A stretch of 64,000 nt of DNA from Octopus vulgaris (lineage: Eukaryota): contig OX597818.1 in NCBI GenBank assembly GCA_951406725.2, forward strand, positions 83,824,001-83,888,000, read 5' to 3'. A model generated the notes under the pieces. That model had not been told where the DNA came from and did not search any database. It saw nothing but the letters and a program-made list of their open reading frames with translations. The first letter of the stretch is position 1. Every line of letters starts with the position of its first letter. The position numbers were made by a program, and so were the translations under genes. Of the stretch, positions 30,103-44,358 are shown piece by piece.

Positions 30103-30149
30103 AACACACACATACACACAAACACACACATACACACAAACACACACGT

Positions 30150-30196
<47 letters not shown>

Positions 30197-30198
<2 letters not shown>

Positions 30199-30400
30199 CG
30201 GGAAGCTTTATGAAAATAGACAAAAGACGAAGGCAGGTGGAAAACAAACAAACAATTGTATTAGTATGGTGCTCAGGAAATATAAATAAAACAAGTCTTT
30301 AACGTTTCGAGCCTACGCTCTTCAACAGAAAGATACACAGAGAGAAAAAAAACACAGAAAGAAGGAGAGAAAAAAATGCGTGCAGTAACTAACGAATCAA
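30197..30400 (-). mobile_element. PLE terminal-repeat fragment (family B) with hammerhead-like motif at 30296-30333
   Basis: Minus strand TCTTT-CTGTTGA-A-GAGC-gtag-GCTC-GAAA-CG-T-T-AAAGA. Confidence 0.75.
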
Positions 30401-30866
30401 CATATAATGTGTGTATGTGTGTGTTTGTGTGTGTGTATTCAGCACCAAGAATTGTTTCGGTATAAGTCAACTAGCAGTCTAACAGTGCAACTCAGTCAAT
30501 ATCGTTCACTGTGTTCCAATTAAAGCTACTGCTTTAAATCTTTCCAGAGTTGTCTGTCTTCCGTAATTCCCATTAATAACGACTAAAGAGCTAGAAATGT
30601 TGCATCTGGGAACACTACAGGGGCAATACTGGACAGATATAGTGTTTTTACAATTTGTACCATGAGAGAATTTTTTTCTTCACAATAACTACAGTAAACT
30701 TGCCTTTAGAACTTGAAATATATCACAAACATATAACTAACTTAAAAGTTCGCATCGTTTTCTCCCTTACTCTCTCTATCTCTCTTCCTTACTCTCTCTT
30801 TATGTATCCATTCTATCTATCTCTATATCAGTATATCTGTATCTATGTCTATATCTATCTATGTAT

Positions 30867-31082
<216 letters not shown>

Positions 31083-31708
31083 CACATACATACCGGAGAG
31101 CATACATTTGTACATGATGGCCGCTTCCTCTTTCTCGTCTTTAAGATGAAGACACCAGTACGCCAAGCAGCACTTGTGCATGATGGTTTTAAAGTGAGTG
31201 ATTGGCCTTGTACATAACCAATCATACTTGCTGAACAATGATGACAGATACCCTAAAATGAATAACAAATTTCTGTCATTGACTGCCAAGGAGCCAAAGG
31301 TTTTACATCTGTGTTTTCCTTAGTATGATGTCCTAACAAGGACTAGGGTTCACTCACATCTACTAATCACATTCCCATGGTAATCTGCTGACTGAACATG
31401 TTGCGCTATTGTATTTTCTGCACCAAATTCACCAGTTTGGCTATGATTGACGCAGGACTTACAGCTCTACACGAAATATAACGGGAACCAAATCTGTATA
31501 CACAATATTGGATGACCGTAGATTTTAATAAGTTCATCTGTCATTTGACAGATTTTGTTTTCATTCCTGTCGGGTGTACAATAACCCTCCTTACTAAGCA
31601 AGCTTACTACGGCTGCCAGTGTCGTCACCGATGACACGACTATGCAGCAGGTTGTCCCGGATAACATGTAGGGTCACGGCACACTATCACACATACATAC
31701 ATGTATGC

Positions 31709-31747
<39 letters not shown>

Positions 31748-31951
31748 CATGCATACATACATAAATACCTACATGCATACATAAATACATATATGCATAC
31801 TTACAAACATATATACAAGCATACATACATAAATAATTACATGCATAAATACAAGCTTACATATATACATATATAATAACAAAGGGTAAAATTAATTAAT
31901 TAAAAAGTAATCAATAATTTCACCAAGTAGAATTCATGGTAAACTTAAGTA

Positions 31952-32249
31952 ATACTTAATAAATAGGGTTCAGCAAAGATTTGCTTTGCCACATACCGAA
32001 GTTTAGAAATAGCATCCAAAAACCGTTAGCTATTTCTTCTACTTTAAAAAGGGACTCCCAGATAGTGACCAGATATTGATTGATTTTCGTTACTTTTCTT
32101 CTCTGCCCGTGTGGATTGTTTTCAAATATTTTGATTTTTCTGGAAATCCCTTTTTAAAGTAGAAGAAATAGCTAACGGTTTTTGGCTGCTATTTCTAAAC
32201 TTCAGTATGTAGTAAAGCAAATATTTGCTGAACCCTATTTATTAAGTAT
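31952..32249. repeat. Fold-back element, ~110-bp arms, ~76-bp spacer
   Basis: ATACTTAATAAATAGGGTTCAGCAAA...ACTTTAAAAAGGGA is matched in reverse complement at 32139-32249. Confidence 0.9.
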
Positions 32250-32993
32250 ATACATATATAAATAGATACATACATAGGTATATACATATATACATTCATA
32301 CATACATAAATTCAAACTTACATATATACATAAATAGATGCATACATAAATACATACATACATATTTCACATGTATGCATGTGACTCCAAATTCTGAATA
32401 TATATACATACATACATACAAAAATACCCTGTTGTTGATGTTGAAAGTCCAATGAAGGACCCTTGGATCTAGGTTAGAAACCGGCCCTTTCTCTATCGGC
32501 AAGCAATTTGAAAATAAAACTGAATAAGGTCATACATATGAGTGTATATTTTTTGGTCGTGCGAGATATTCGTTCATTATTTTCTCTATTGGTACTCAAG
32601 CGTCATACATCTGAAAAGAGGCAAAATTTGTTCAAATTTCAAAAACGAGAAAAAAAGAATACAATCCAACGTTAGGATAAAAAAAAACTGTGTTAATTCA
32701 AATAATTCAAATAAACATTAGAAACGATTGAAGTACATAGGGGGCGGTGAAAAACGAACTTATCCCCAAACCCCGATGAGTGTGTATGTGTGTGTGCGCG
32801 CGCGTGCTTATGTATGTGGGTGTGTGTGAATGTACTTATGCATACTGTGCATAGACAGGTACATAGATTAATAGGATAGATAGATGGATAGAGAGATAGA
32901 TAAGTAGACAGATCGATAGACAGAGGGTGAGAAGGATAGATAGACAGACAGGCAGACAGCCAGACATACATACATACAGACAGACAGACATAC

Positions 32994-33072
<79 letters not shown>

Positions 33073-33091
33073 CGGATAGAAAGAGAGGGAG

Positions 33092-33200
<109 letters not shown>

Positions 33201-34057
33201 TGTACTAACAGCAAGAATATACAGCTAATCAGAGATATTGAGCTATAAGTCGGTGCATCGCAGCTGTTCGTTCGCTCCTCCACCTGAGGGCTTTGGAACA
33301 ACAGCAACAAGAACAATAACAACAGCAACAACAACAACAAACAACATCAACAGGAGCAGCAGCAACAAAAATACGAACAAAACCAAGTGCAGAAATACAA
33401 GTAACCTTATCTATTGAATTAACTCAGTAAATATTTGTCATAGACACATAAGTTGTAACAATAACATTGAACAAGGTCGGAATAACGACATCATCACTAC
33501 CAGGACCACAACCACCACAACCGTCACATTCACCACATCCACCACTAGCTGAAACAACATCCACACAAACAACATCATTAACTGTATTAACAACAATAAT
33601 AGCGATAGGTATTAACACAAAAATAAGAGCATATTCCAACTACAATAGCAGCCATCGCAACAACAAAAACAACACCGACTAGAACGACGCCCATCAATAA
33701 CCAAAGTAAAATGAATGAGTCAATCTAGGAAGGAGACTTGTAAGCTGGTTAAAACTTGTTGTTTCCAGAAAATTCCATCAATAACAACAGCGTATGCCTC
33801 ACTCTTTGTACCGTGCCCCCCCCCCCATTCTCACGAATACTTACTACCAACAATGGCTTCATCATTCTGAGCCAATCCCTCCGAATTTAATACTTAGAGA
33901 GGAGAAAGCAGCAATATGAGGATTACGATGGTTGGTTACATCACTGACAACGATATAAGCGGCCTTTCTCATAATGCAAAGTGAAAAGGCCACAAAACAT
34001 TTAATATTTCATAGATTTGTTTTGCTAACTTGATGCATGTTATTTCATACATGTATT

Positions 34058-34113
<56 letters not shown>

Positions 34114-34285
34114 CATACACACACACACACAAACACACACACATACACACACACACACACACAAACACTTAAAAGGACATACACATAAACACACACAAAA
34201 ATACACACATTCACATATACATATATTTACATATACATATATGTATACATATATCTACCTATATATATGCATGTATATAGTTATG

Positions 34286-34320
<35 letters not shown>

Positions 34321-34479
34321 GTATATGTGTGAGTGTGCATATGTGTACAACTGAGCATGCATTAGATGTATTAAATCGCTCAGACATACAAATATACACA
34401 CTTTCATATAAAAATACATATATACATACACGTATATGCATATGCATATATATATGTATATGTATGTATGTGTGTGTGC

Positions 34480-34510
<31 letters not shown>

Positions 34511-34703
34511 CATATGCCCATATATAAGTATATCTATAATGCGTATATACATTGAATGTATGTACACAAGCCAAAAGGTCGAAGCTGACGACTATCTCAT
34601 GACTTGAAAGCTGTTTTCTGATTGCCTTAATGCATTGTTCTTATACTTGCACACACATGAGATATAAAATATACATACGTATATTTATATGCATATATAC
34701 ATA

Positions 34704-34746
<43 letters not shown>

Positions 34747-35539
34747 GCCAATAAAATAAAACGAATATAAATATATATACATATGTGTGTGTGTGTTTGT
34801 GTGTGTGAGCGTGTGCGTGTGTGTGCGTGTGCAATATTATTTACAAATAACAAGAAGTCATTACGGCAGAAGTCGAAGATCAATATCTATTATAAGCGCT
34901 GACATTACACTGAGTTTCGCGAGTAACCACAGCCCGGCCACTAGCAACAGTAGACACCCTCACCACCACTAGCAACAAGCAACACCAACATTATGACCAC
35001 CACGAGCAACAACCAACAGCACCACTGCCATCATCGCCACCTCTATCATCACCACTACCAACAATCACGTAAGTGTAAACAGCATCAACATGTTTACTAT
35101 AAATAAGCAATGTGTTAGAAACGGATGGTTTTTTTTTTAATTATGGTCAAGTAGACGCACAGACTGAAAGTGAAACATTGATTTCTAACTTAAGCCAAAT
35201 GACCATATAGTTCGTCGGCTCTTGTCCAACCGTTTAGATCAATAACGTATTGGGCTAGTATTCACTTCTTAGTGGCTGGAAGATGAAAGAAAAATGCGAC
35301 CTCGAGGGAATTTGAACAATGAGTTTAAGTAACCACAAGAAATATATCTTGTTACACGCTCTCATGTGTCAAATAATATACTAACTTTCACTAGGTTTTA
35401 GATCTAAATTCATAAGAATAATGTTTGATAAAACTCAGTCATATACCAAAGGCAGAATGTGTAAAAACAACGACCGAAAGCAAGCGCAAAAAATGTGTTT
35501 AAATACTGACAAGACTGTGTTGCTAAATTAAAAAATAAA

Positions 35540-35775
35540 AACTTTTACCATCTAGTTTGCTGGACCAATTGGTTTCTGATTTTAGTTGAGCAAATAAAAT
35601 AATATTCGCTAGGTGAAATCGTCATCAACAGGTACACCTCAGATTAAGTATATAACCACGAGGCAATCAATTATATGTCTTTTCTTTGCTAAACACGAGG
35701 CAATCAATTATATGCCTTTTATTTGCTAAACTAAAATCAGAAACCAATTGGTCCGGAAACTAGATGGTAAAAGTT
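35540..35775. repeat. Fold-back with ~60-bp arms containing a hammerhead-like motif (35560-35631, minus strand) and a 37-bp internal tandem duplication
   Basis: Arms 35540-35599 and 35717-35775; minus strand CTG-TTGATGA-C-GATTT..AAATC-A-GAAA-CCAATTGG-T-C-CAG. Confidence 0.8.
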
Positions 35776-37049
35776 CTTATTTTCTCATTTTGTTCCTTTC
35801 GGGATTTTATCCCGAATTTTGTGGTTTTGGAACCTAGCTGTTCTTTCTAGCGTGATGAATCCCTTGAGTGGATTCCTTCTGTGTTTAAATGTACACTGTA
35901 TTTTATGAGTAATACATAGTCTTTGGACTAAATTTTTACACGCTAGGCCACTGGAAGTGAAAATTTCTATTAATTTCCATATATCTTCGATATGATTAAG
36001 TATATATATATATATAAAGTGAGAGAAAGATATAGACATATATACTCATATATAGACGCAAGCAAGCATACCGACTCATGCTTTTCGCATCTACCTGCAC
36101 GAGTGTATATCTCTATATAGACACACTAAAATCTACTCGTATATAAAATACATACACAAAAATAAGTAGAGGGGAAGATATGGTGGATGAGAGAGAGAAA
36201 TATGGAAAGGAAAGTGGATACTAAAGTCATAGATGCTTCATTCAATGAAAAAATGTCATATGATTGCCAACAGTAAGTGCTTCAATCATTCTGCTTTTGA
36301 CCATTTACACGTTTAATGACTTAGTGGTAGCCCTTACCGTACAGTTGTAACGGATATTTTTAAGTCGAACTATATATATATATACTTATGTACATACTTA
36401 CATAGATACGTATTCATATACATGCAATCCTGAGTAGAACTGTTCATTTCTGAGCCAAAAATTTCTACAGAATATACACATACGTTTACAAATCGATTTC
36501 CATATCCCAACTAGCTTACATACACACACAGATACTTTACGTAAATACATATATACATCCGGATTCATATATGTATGTTTGTGCGTGTGTGTGTACGTGC
36601 ATATGTGTGCGCGTGTTTCTATCTTTCGGTCTTTCTGTCTGTTTGCGTGCATGCATGCTTATATGTATGTATTTATGTATGTATGTATGAAGTACTAAGA
36701 TATGTTGACGTACACAAACCAACACCGGTTACAATGTGTAGTGGGAGCACACACAAAGCACACATGTAAATAGGTATGTGTTTGTATATGACCGATTTCC
36801 GCATAATTTCCTACGGATTGACTAAGATAACGTTGATTCTCACGGGGCTTAGATAGAAGAATCTGTCTCAGGGTGCCGTGCAATAGGACTGATTCCGAAA
36901 CCCTGTGATTGGAACACTCATTTCATTACCTCATGCCTACATATCAAAGAAACAAATGAGCGTGTTTCTTTTAATTATATTCCAACCATACAAACCAATT
37001 TATTTATTTCGTGTATGTGTGTATCGATTTATGTATAATTATTTCATTA

Positions 37050-37503
37050 TTTTATTTGTTTCAGTAATTTGACTGCAGCTATGATGAAGCACCGCCTTTA
37101 GTCGAACAAATCAACCCCAGGACTTAGTCTTTGTAAGCCTAGTACTTCTTCTGTCGGTGTCTATTGCCGAAACACTAAGTTACGAGGATGTAAACACACC
37201 AACATCGGTTGTCAAGCGATGAGGAGGCACACACACATATATTTTCTAAACGGAACAAATAATAGTATCAACTGTTATTTCCAGCAGGTAGACATACTTA
37301 GTATGTCCTTTGATTAATTTTAATCCTTTAGTTATATATATATATATATTCGACGGTCTTCTTGCAGTTTCCGTCTACCAAACCACTCACAAAGTCCGAG
37401 GCTATAGTAGAAGACACTTGCTTAAGGTGTCACGCAGTGGGACTGAACCCGGAACCATGTGGTCTGTAGGCAAGCTACTTACCACATAGCCACGCCTGCA
37501 CCT
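37050..37503 (-). mobile_element. SINE S2
   Basis: Reverse complement of S2 head (CTTACCACATAGCCACGCCTGCACC) and tail. Confidence 0.85.
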
Positions 37504-37549
37504 ATAATATTAAAATATTATAAATTATCATTGTACTTCTAAAGAAGAA

Positions 37550-37655
37550 TACCGTATTTTTCAGCGTATAAATTGGCGCCGTATATAAGTCAAGGTTGAT
37601 TTTTTTTCAGTTGAAAATTCCAGTGTTGAAGCTTATACTCGGCATATATGCCGAC
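37550..37655. mobile_element. pogo/Tigger-like MITE remnant
   Basis: TA-CCGTATTTTTCAGCGTATAA left TIR; degenerate right end CTTATACTCGGCATATATG. Confidence 0.5.
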
Positions 37656-37907
37656 CGTCGACTATTTCCGCCTTTCTCCCGAATAACCATGCTGATTGGA
37701 ATTTTTCTTAATTTTGTATTTTATCGAGAGATCGAGCCATCGCTGGGGTCGGGCTGTATAGATGCGCTGGAGTTCGTAAACAGAAGAAAATGTCTAGATA
37801 AACAGTAATTTTCCATTCAAAATAATATTTGCTTATTTCAAATAAGATTTTTAATATTCGCCTTTATTTTCGAATACAGCCGTACATCGAAATGAATACA
37901 AAGTGAA

Positions 37908-38125
37908 AAGCGATGAGTTGGAAAGATCGGTAGCACACTGGGCAGACCACGTAGCAGCATTTCCTGCGTTCTTACGTTCTGAGGTCAAAATCTGCCGAGG
38001 TCGACTTTACATTTAACCTTTCTTGGGATGATAAAATAAGTACCAGTTGAACAATAAATAGGGTCGATGTGCTCGACTTACTACCTCTCCAGAAATTTCT
38101 ACCCTTGTTCCAAAACTTAAAACCA
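37908..38125 (+). mobile_element. SINE S1, degenerate
   Basis: CTTACGTTCTGAGGTCAAAATCTGCCGAGGTCGACTTT..GATAAAATAAGTACCAG. Confidence 0.8.
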
Positions 38126-38551
38126 ATATGAACTCAAAGTAAGTAGAAAGAAAGTGAGCAGGCAACTAAATTGATTTTTCTATGTCGTAATGATGCGCCT
38201 GAAATGTAAATATTCAAACATGGTCCCAGTCTTTCCAAATCCAGTTCACATTGAATTTTTTATCCTTCAAAGTCGTCCTGTTGTATAAGTCATCCTATCT
38301 CTTTTGGCTGTACGTTTTGATCTGAAAAATATGTTACGTTGCTGGGAAATATGTTACGTCACTAATCTTTTAAATGCTTTTGATATACACTTGGATGTGT
38401 TGGTCTTTTCTCATACACAAAATAACTGCAGTGTATCAACACCATCTACCTATACACAAGTAGACCACTCTCCTTATAGCACATTCTCCCTCTCTCACTC
38501 GCTTTCTCTTCGCCTCTCTCACCGACCTTTCAGTGTCGCTCTCTGTCCTTT

Positions 38552-38587
<36 letters not shown>

Positions 38588-39284
38588 GAACACATACACA
38601 CACTTGCACACGCATCTCACACAAGCAAATACCCTCATCATTGTCGTTGCCTTTGTGAATTATACCAACTCTATCTAGTGTTCCTCATGATACATGGTAT
38701 ATAAAGTATGTTTGTACGTACCAGTGAGTGTGGGGTTTTGCGTCTGTTCTTTTTCTACGTGACTTTGTTACATTTTGAGTACGTGACTGTGTATGTATGT
38801 GTGCGTGCGGGTGTGCACGTGTATGCGCGTGTTAGCGTGTGTATGTGTGCGCGTATGTGTGTAGGGAACTGACTTCTCCATTAAGTATTTTCTGTATTGC
38901 GTATTTCCTTCAAACGAAAATTCGTTAATAAAGAATATAAATCAGAAACATGATTGATTTTACAATAATGATGATGACGACGACGACGACGATGATGATG
39001 ATGACGGGAACGACGACGACGACGAGGAAGATAAAATAATCATAATACGTGTGTATATATATGCATATATATGTGTGTGTGCGTATACATACATTCATAT
39101 ATATATATAACATTTGTATGTGTATACATGCTTATATATGCATCTATGCGTGTAACTATATATATGTATGTCTGTGTGTGTGTGTGTGTATCCACACACA
39201 TACATATATGTACATATATATATTTATATATATGTACATATGTATTTATTCATGTGTATATATATGCGTTTATATATATATGCA

Positions 39285-39340
<56 letters not shown>

Positions 39341-40009
39341 GATACATATATATATAAATGCATATATATATACGCATATATATATATATATATATATACG
39401 TATGTATATATGTATGTACGTACGTATGTATTTATGTACGTACGTACGTATGTATGTATGTACGTACGTATATATGTATATTGTGGGAACGTGAAAGAGG
39501 GGAAAAAAGCCGAGACTAAGACAACCATTTACCTCTATGGAGATAGCAAATGTTATGTCAGCTTAACTGTTACATTATAATAGTATTTTCAGTCCATATC
39601 CCATGCAAGATAAACGTATTTTATACGTCTGATTATAATACCAAAAAATTATTATCTGAATCTCAAGGTATTTTCTATGTGAATACCACAAACAAATAAT
39701 ACATTATTTTATCTTTGATTGTGGCAGTATTTGTCGTTAGAACGATTCTTCTAAAGCAGACTAAAACATTATAGGTGTTTATAAACCTCCTATGTGAGAA
39801 CAGCCGTAATATACTTCACTATTATTCTGCAATCTGTGTTGATTTTCAATAAGAAAATACAAGGAGAGGAAAGTTATATGCGCTGTTTGAGGGGGATGGT
39901 AGGCAGTTCCTGTTACATTTAGGATACACATTGATTTATATATTTAATATGTGCAACCGTACGTGGCATTAGCGTATATCTTAGTGTGCGTGTATATATA
40001 TGTGTGTGT

Positions 40010-40074
<65 letters not shown>

Positions 40075-40428
40075 TGTGTATCTGTGAGTCTATATTCGTA
40101 GGTGTGTATCTGTTTGTGGATGAAGGTCTTGCAAAACTGAAATGGTTATAATAGAAACAAGAACAGCAAAACTCACACTCACACAAACACACATACACAC
40201 GCACAAACACACACACACATGTATGTGCAGAATTACAAAGGCACAAACATGGTTGTGTGATTAAGAAATTCGCTTTGAAATCATTTGCTGTCGGATAAAA
40301 TCACACTACGGGCCACATTGGACAAGTGTTTTCTCTATAGCCTCGGATCAACCAATAACTTTTGATCGAATTCGGTCGACAAGAAGTGATTGGAGGCCCG
40401 TCATATTTATCTATCTATCTATCTATCT

Positions 40429-40654
40429 GGCGAGCTGGCAGAAACGTTAGCAGGCCGGGCGAAATGCGTAGCCGTATTTCGTCTGTCGTTACGTCGTGAG
40501 TTCAAATTCCGCCGAAGTCGACTTTGCCTTTCATCATTTCGGGGTCGATAAATTAAGTACCAGTTACGCACTGGGATCGATCTAATCGACTTAATCTGTT
40601 TGTCTGTCCTTGTTTGTCCCCTCTATGTTTAACCCCTTGTGGGCAATAAAGAAA
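40429..40654 (+). mobile_element. SINE S1, young copy inserted in (CTAT)n
   Basis: Near-consensus sequence; TATC repeats on both flanks. Confidence 0.9.
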
Positions 40655-40898
40655 TATATCTATCTATCTATCACATACATACGTATATATATATACATAC
40701 ATATGTCTATATATATATATATTTAACACGGGATGCTTTCAGTTTCCACCTACCAAATACACTCGGCACGAGGCTATAGCAGAAGTCACTAACCCAAAGT
40801 GCTATGCAGTGGGACTGAACCCGGAACCATGTGGTTTGGAAATAAGCTTCTTACCACACAGCCACGCCTGCACCTAGGTATATATGTGTGTGTGTATG

Positions 40899-40935
<37 letters not shown>

Positions 40936-41114
40936 ATGTACATATTGATGTGTGTATGTATATATATATATATACATATATATATACATATATGCATATA
41001 TATATACATATACACATATATATATTATTTAAAGTAAAGTGTAAAACTTAGTAATGATTTTACAAAGAGGTTTGCAAGGACATAAAAATCTCATAGGTGA
41101 ATTTTACAAATATA

Positions 41115-41405
41115 ATAATTATATACATAATTATAACAAGGTATTGGCTACAAGCTTCTCCACGCGCTAGAAATAGACACCAAAACACTAATATCACCTT
41201 TAAAATTCCAAAAAATAAAACATGGGCTGTAATAGAGCAAAATATTGATAATGAATTAAATTTCATTATCTTTCGTTTGCTCGACTACAGCCCGTGTTTT
41301 ATTTCTTGGGAGTTTTTATGGTGATATTAGCTTCTTTTGGTGTCTATTTCTAGCGCGCTGAAGGGCCTTTAGTCAATTCCTTGTTATAATTATGTATATA
41401 ATTAT
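41115..41405. repeat. ~290-bp imperfect fold-back with ~6-nt loop
   Basis: CGCGCTAGAAATAGACACCAAAA / TTTTGGTGTCTATTTCTAGCGCG; ATAATTATATACATAATTATAACAAGG mirrored; centre GATAATGAA-ttaaat-TTCATTATC. Confidence 0.9.
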
Positions 41406-41468
41406 AATATTTATACATACATATATGTATGTATACATGTATGTGTATGTATGTATACACATAGACAC

Positions 41469-41522
<54 letters not shown>

Positions 41523-42471
41523 CACACGCTTCCACAAAGTTTCTGACAGCCCAATTCAATCATAATGCATTGGTTGATCGAGGTTTGCAGTAGGATGCAT
41601 TTGCACATATTAGTACACATATGAGCACACAAATATCTATCGAGTCTCTTGATGGTGTTGTTTGTGTAACTATCATACGTACCAAAACCATCGACGGATT
41701 TATTATAAATGCATGAAATAGCAGCTAATTTTCCCTCAAAACACATAGGAAATATAGATGCACGAGAATAAGTGAAATGAGATGTTAGTGCTTGGTAGTC
41801 ATTGATCATAGCTTATACGATGACCGCTGACACAGGGTTAAAATTCAAAGACAGTAAATGATTGCCGTTGTTAAGGCTCTATTGCGTCCTTTCTTCTTTG
41901 GTCAATGTTAGTTATTTTAGCGTAGGGAAAGCTATCAAATTGTCGAACGAACTAGAAATGTAATGGCGATTTTTTTAAGTATTTGGCAGCGAGTGGGTAA
42001 ACAGACTTCAAGAAAAATATAGAAAGAACAACACTAACAACATTAGTAGCAGCGGTGTTACTTACAATATCATAGTTACATTAGTGGTAAACATTGAAAG
42101 ACTGGGTTGTGCTGAATGAAAGTAAGGGCTGGTAGAATTGACAGTTATAATATTATTCACTTTTAAAAGAAAACCCAATGTGAAATATAAAAGAAGAAAA
42201 ATATAATAAAGTTAAGTATTTAAGAAATAGACATCAAATGAAGAAAAATTCTGTTCAAAAACTAAATAACGTACAACTCAGCAGGGATCAGTGTTTTGTT
42301 AAGTTGATGGCCATTTTCAATAGAAATTATTGAGACGAGGAGGACACAAAATAAAAGCGAGGTATTAAAATAAGTGTACAACTGATAAATAGGAAAAAAT
42401 AAAGCAATAGTAAATCTTGAATAAAGAACAAGAAGTAAATAAAATCTTGTGAAATAAACATAACAATTTAT

Positions 42472-42668
42472 TACCGTATTTCCCGTCTTATAAGTCGATG
42501 TAGTATTTAGGTTAAATATGTAAAGTAAACATTCAAACATCGTCCTGTTATATTTCATACGCAATTTTTGGTCTCCCGACGTCGGCTTGGTGTACATGTC
42601 GACTTAAATTTTCCTTTGACTGAAATTTTCATCTGAAAAATTCAACTTGTGTGTCGGAAAATACGGTA
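42472..42668. mobile_element. pogo/Tigger-like MITE with TA target duplication
   Basis: TA-CCGTATTTCCCG ... CGGAAAATACGG-TA. Confidence 0.8.
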
Positions 42669-44322
42669 AAAGAATGATTTCTGATGGAAAAAGAGAAGGA
42701 CAGACAGTGTAATGGTACTATGTTATATAAGCAACCGCGCTTCGCTTGTGATTTATTTCTACCGACTCAGAAAATGTGAAAGGCAAATACGCTCTGGGTG
42801 ACATTGGATCACACAGCATAAGTGACAAAATGCGACAGGCTATTCGTCCCATGCTAAAGCGATTCTAAATGGAAACTCAAATGGGAAATAATAATAATAA
42901 TAAAGCAAATGAGCTGTACTGAAGAGAAGAACCACCGTATACGTTAGTAATGTGTATAGGTATAATCATCTTTACTATAGACACAAAGCCTGGAATTTGT
43001 GGGGAGGCGGATAGTCGGTCACATCGGCCCCAGTACTTAACGGGTACTTAATTTATCGATTCCAAAAAGACGAAAATCAAAGCTGACTTCGGTGGAATTT
43101 GAACCCAGTATATAAAGACGGACGAAATTATGCAAAATATTTTGCCCGGCGTGCTAACGATTCTGCCAGCTCTTCACCTTATGTATAGGTATAATGATCT
43201 AGATTGGTTGTTGTAAATTGCCTCCAGTAGAGAAAGAACTGGTTACCAACCAGAAACTACATTTGTGACACAACATTATATTTCTCATTGGAGCGGCGTG
43301 GACAATGTTGTCATCTTCACGGATATCTGATGTTTTCTGTGGTGACTGGTTAAAGTGAAGAAGAGTTGCATCCGAAAACCTCACTCTTTCGTCTGTTATC
43401 ATCGTCAATAGAGTGGCAGCTATGTGTCAAGATATCTGAGGATGGAGATGGATGCAGTAAATGATCAAGATTTCTTATGTATCTTGTCTTGCTCTCCGTA
43501 CACCACAACGCGTTGCTGCAATCGATTATCACTCCATTGATCATCCAGCTTTCTCCAGCCATGTCCGGCGGAGCGAGTGTTCACATACATTAGTATACAT
43601 AAGAGTGGGTTCAGGCGTGGCTGTGTGGTAAGAACCTGGCTTCCCAGCCACGTGGTTCCGGGATCACACTCAGGGTGTGGCACCTTGGGCAGGTGCGTCG
43701 GGCCGAGTTAAACCTTGTGAGTATGTTTGGTAGAGAGAAACTGAAAGAAGCCCAACGTATATATATATATGATTCGCTAAAAAATTGATGACGTTTTTCT
43801 TCCGTGGTCAAACTTGTCGTTCTGCTTGGCTGGTTTCCTAAACAGGATACAGTTGGGGGTCTTTTCCTTATAATCGTTGAAGCTTGGCTTTGATTGGTTT
43901 GGAATTATATGACGTCAGTGAACAGTGTCAGAGACCACAGCTACTACAGCCACAACTTAACTGATATAAACCCAACAATCACTAGGTTACTAAAATTACG
44001 CTAACAATCGACAACCGAGAATCACTACTATTGCTCCCATCGGAACACAAGGTAAAATCTATAATGAACTCCTGCACTACACTTGACAAAACAGTAAGGA
44101 ACGACTTACACCTTATAATATATTTTTCGACTTTTCAAGAACATGGATTCTATTGAATGTATATAGCATGGACTCTATTGAATATATGAAACAATTATGA
44201 ACTATTCCATTATGCACTTTATTATAAAAACATTCTTTTTGATAAGATTCGTTATTTCAAGAACCGAATCATGTAAAAATTAAAATTTATCTAATATAGT
44301 GGCATTTTCAAACTTCTTTTTT

Positions 44323-44357
<35 letters not shown>

Positions 44358-44358
<1 letters not shown>

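Noticed and set aside
32449-32486. CCAATGAAGG...GAAACCGGCC hammerhead-like string
   Set aside because: Several core positions differ and helix I is not evident; not counted
43200-43590. Complex unique stretch with short minus-strand ORFs
   Set aside because: No recognisable motif, splice pair or terminal repeat
44040-44142. IFFDFSR resembling CR1 RT motif YLDFSKAFD
   Set aside because: Single short motif; insufficient support
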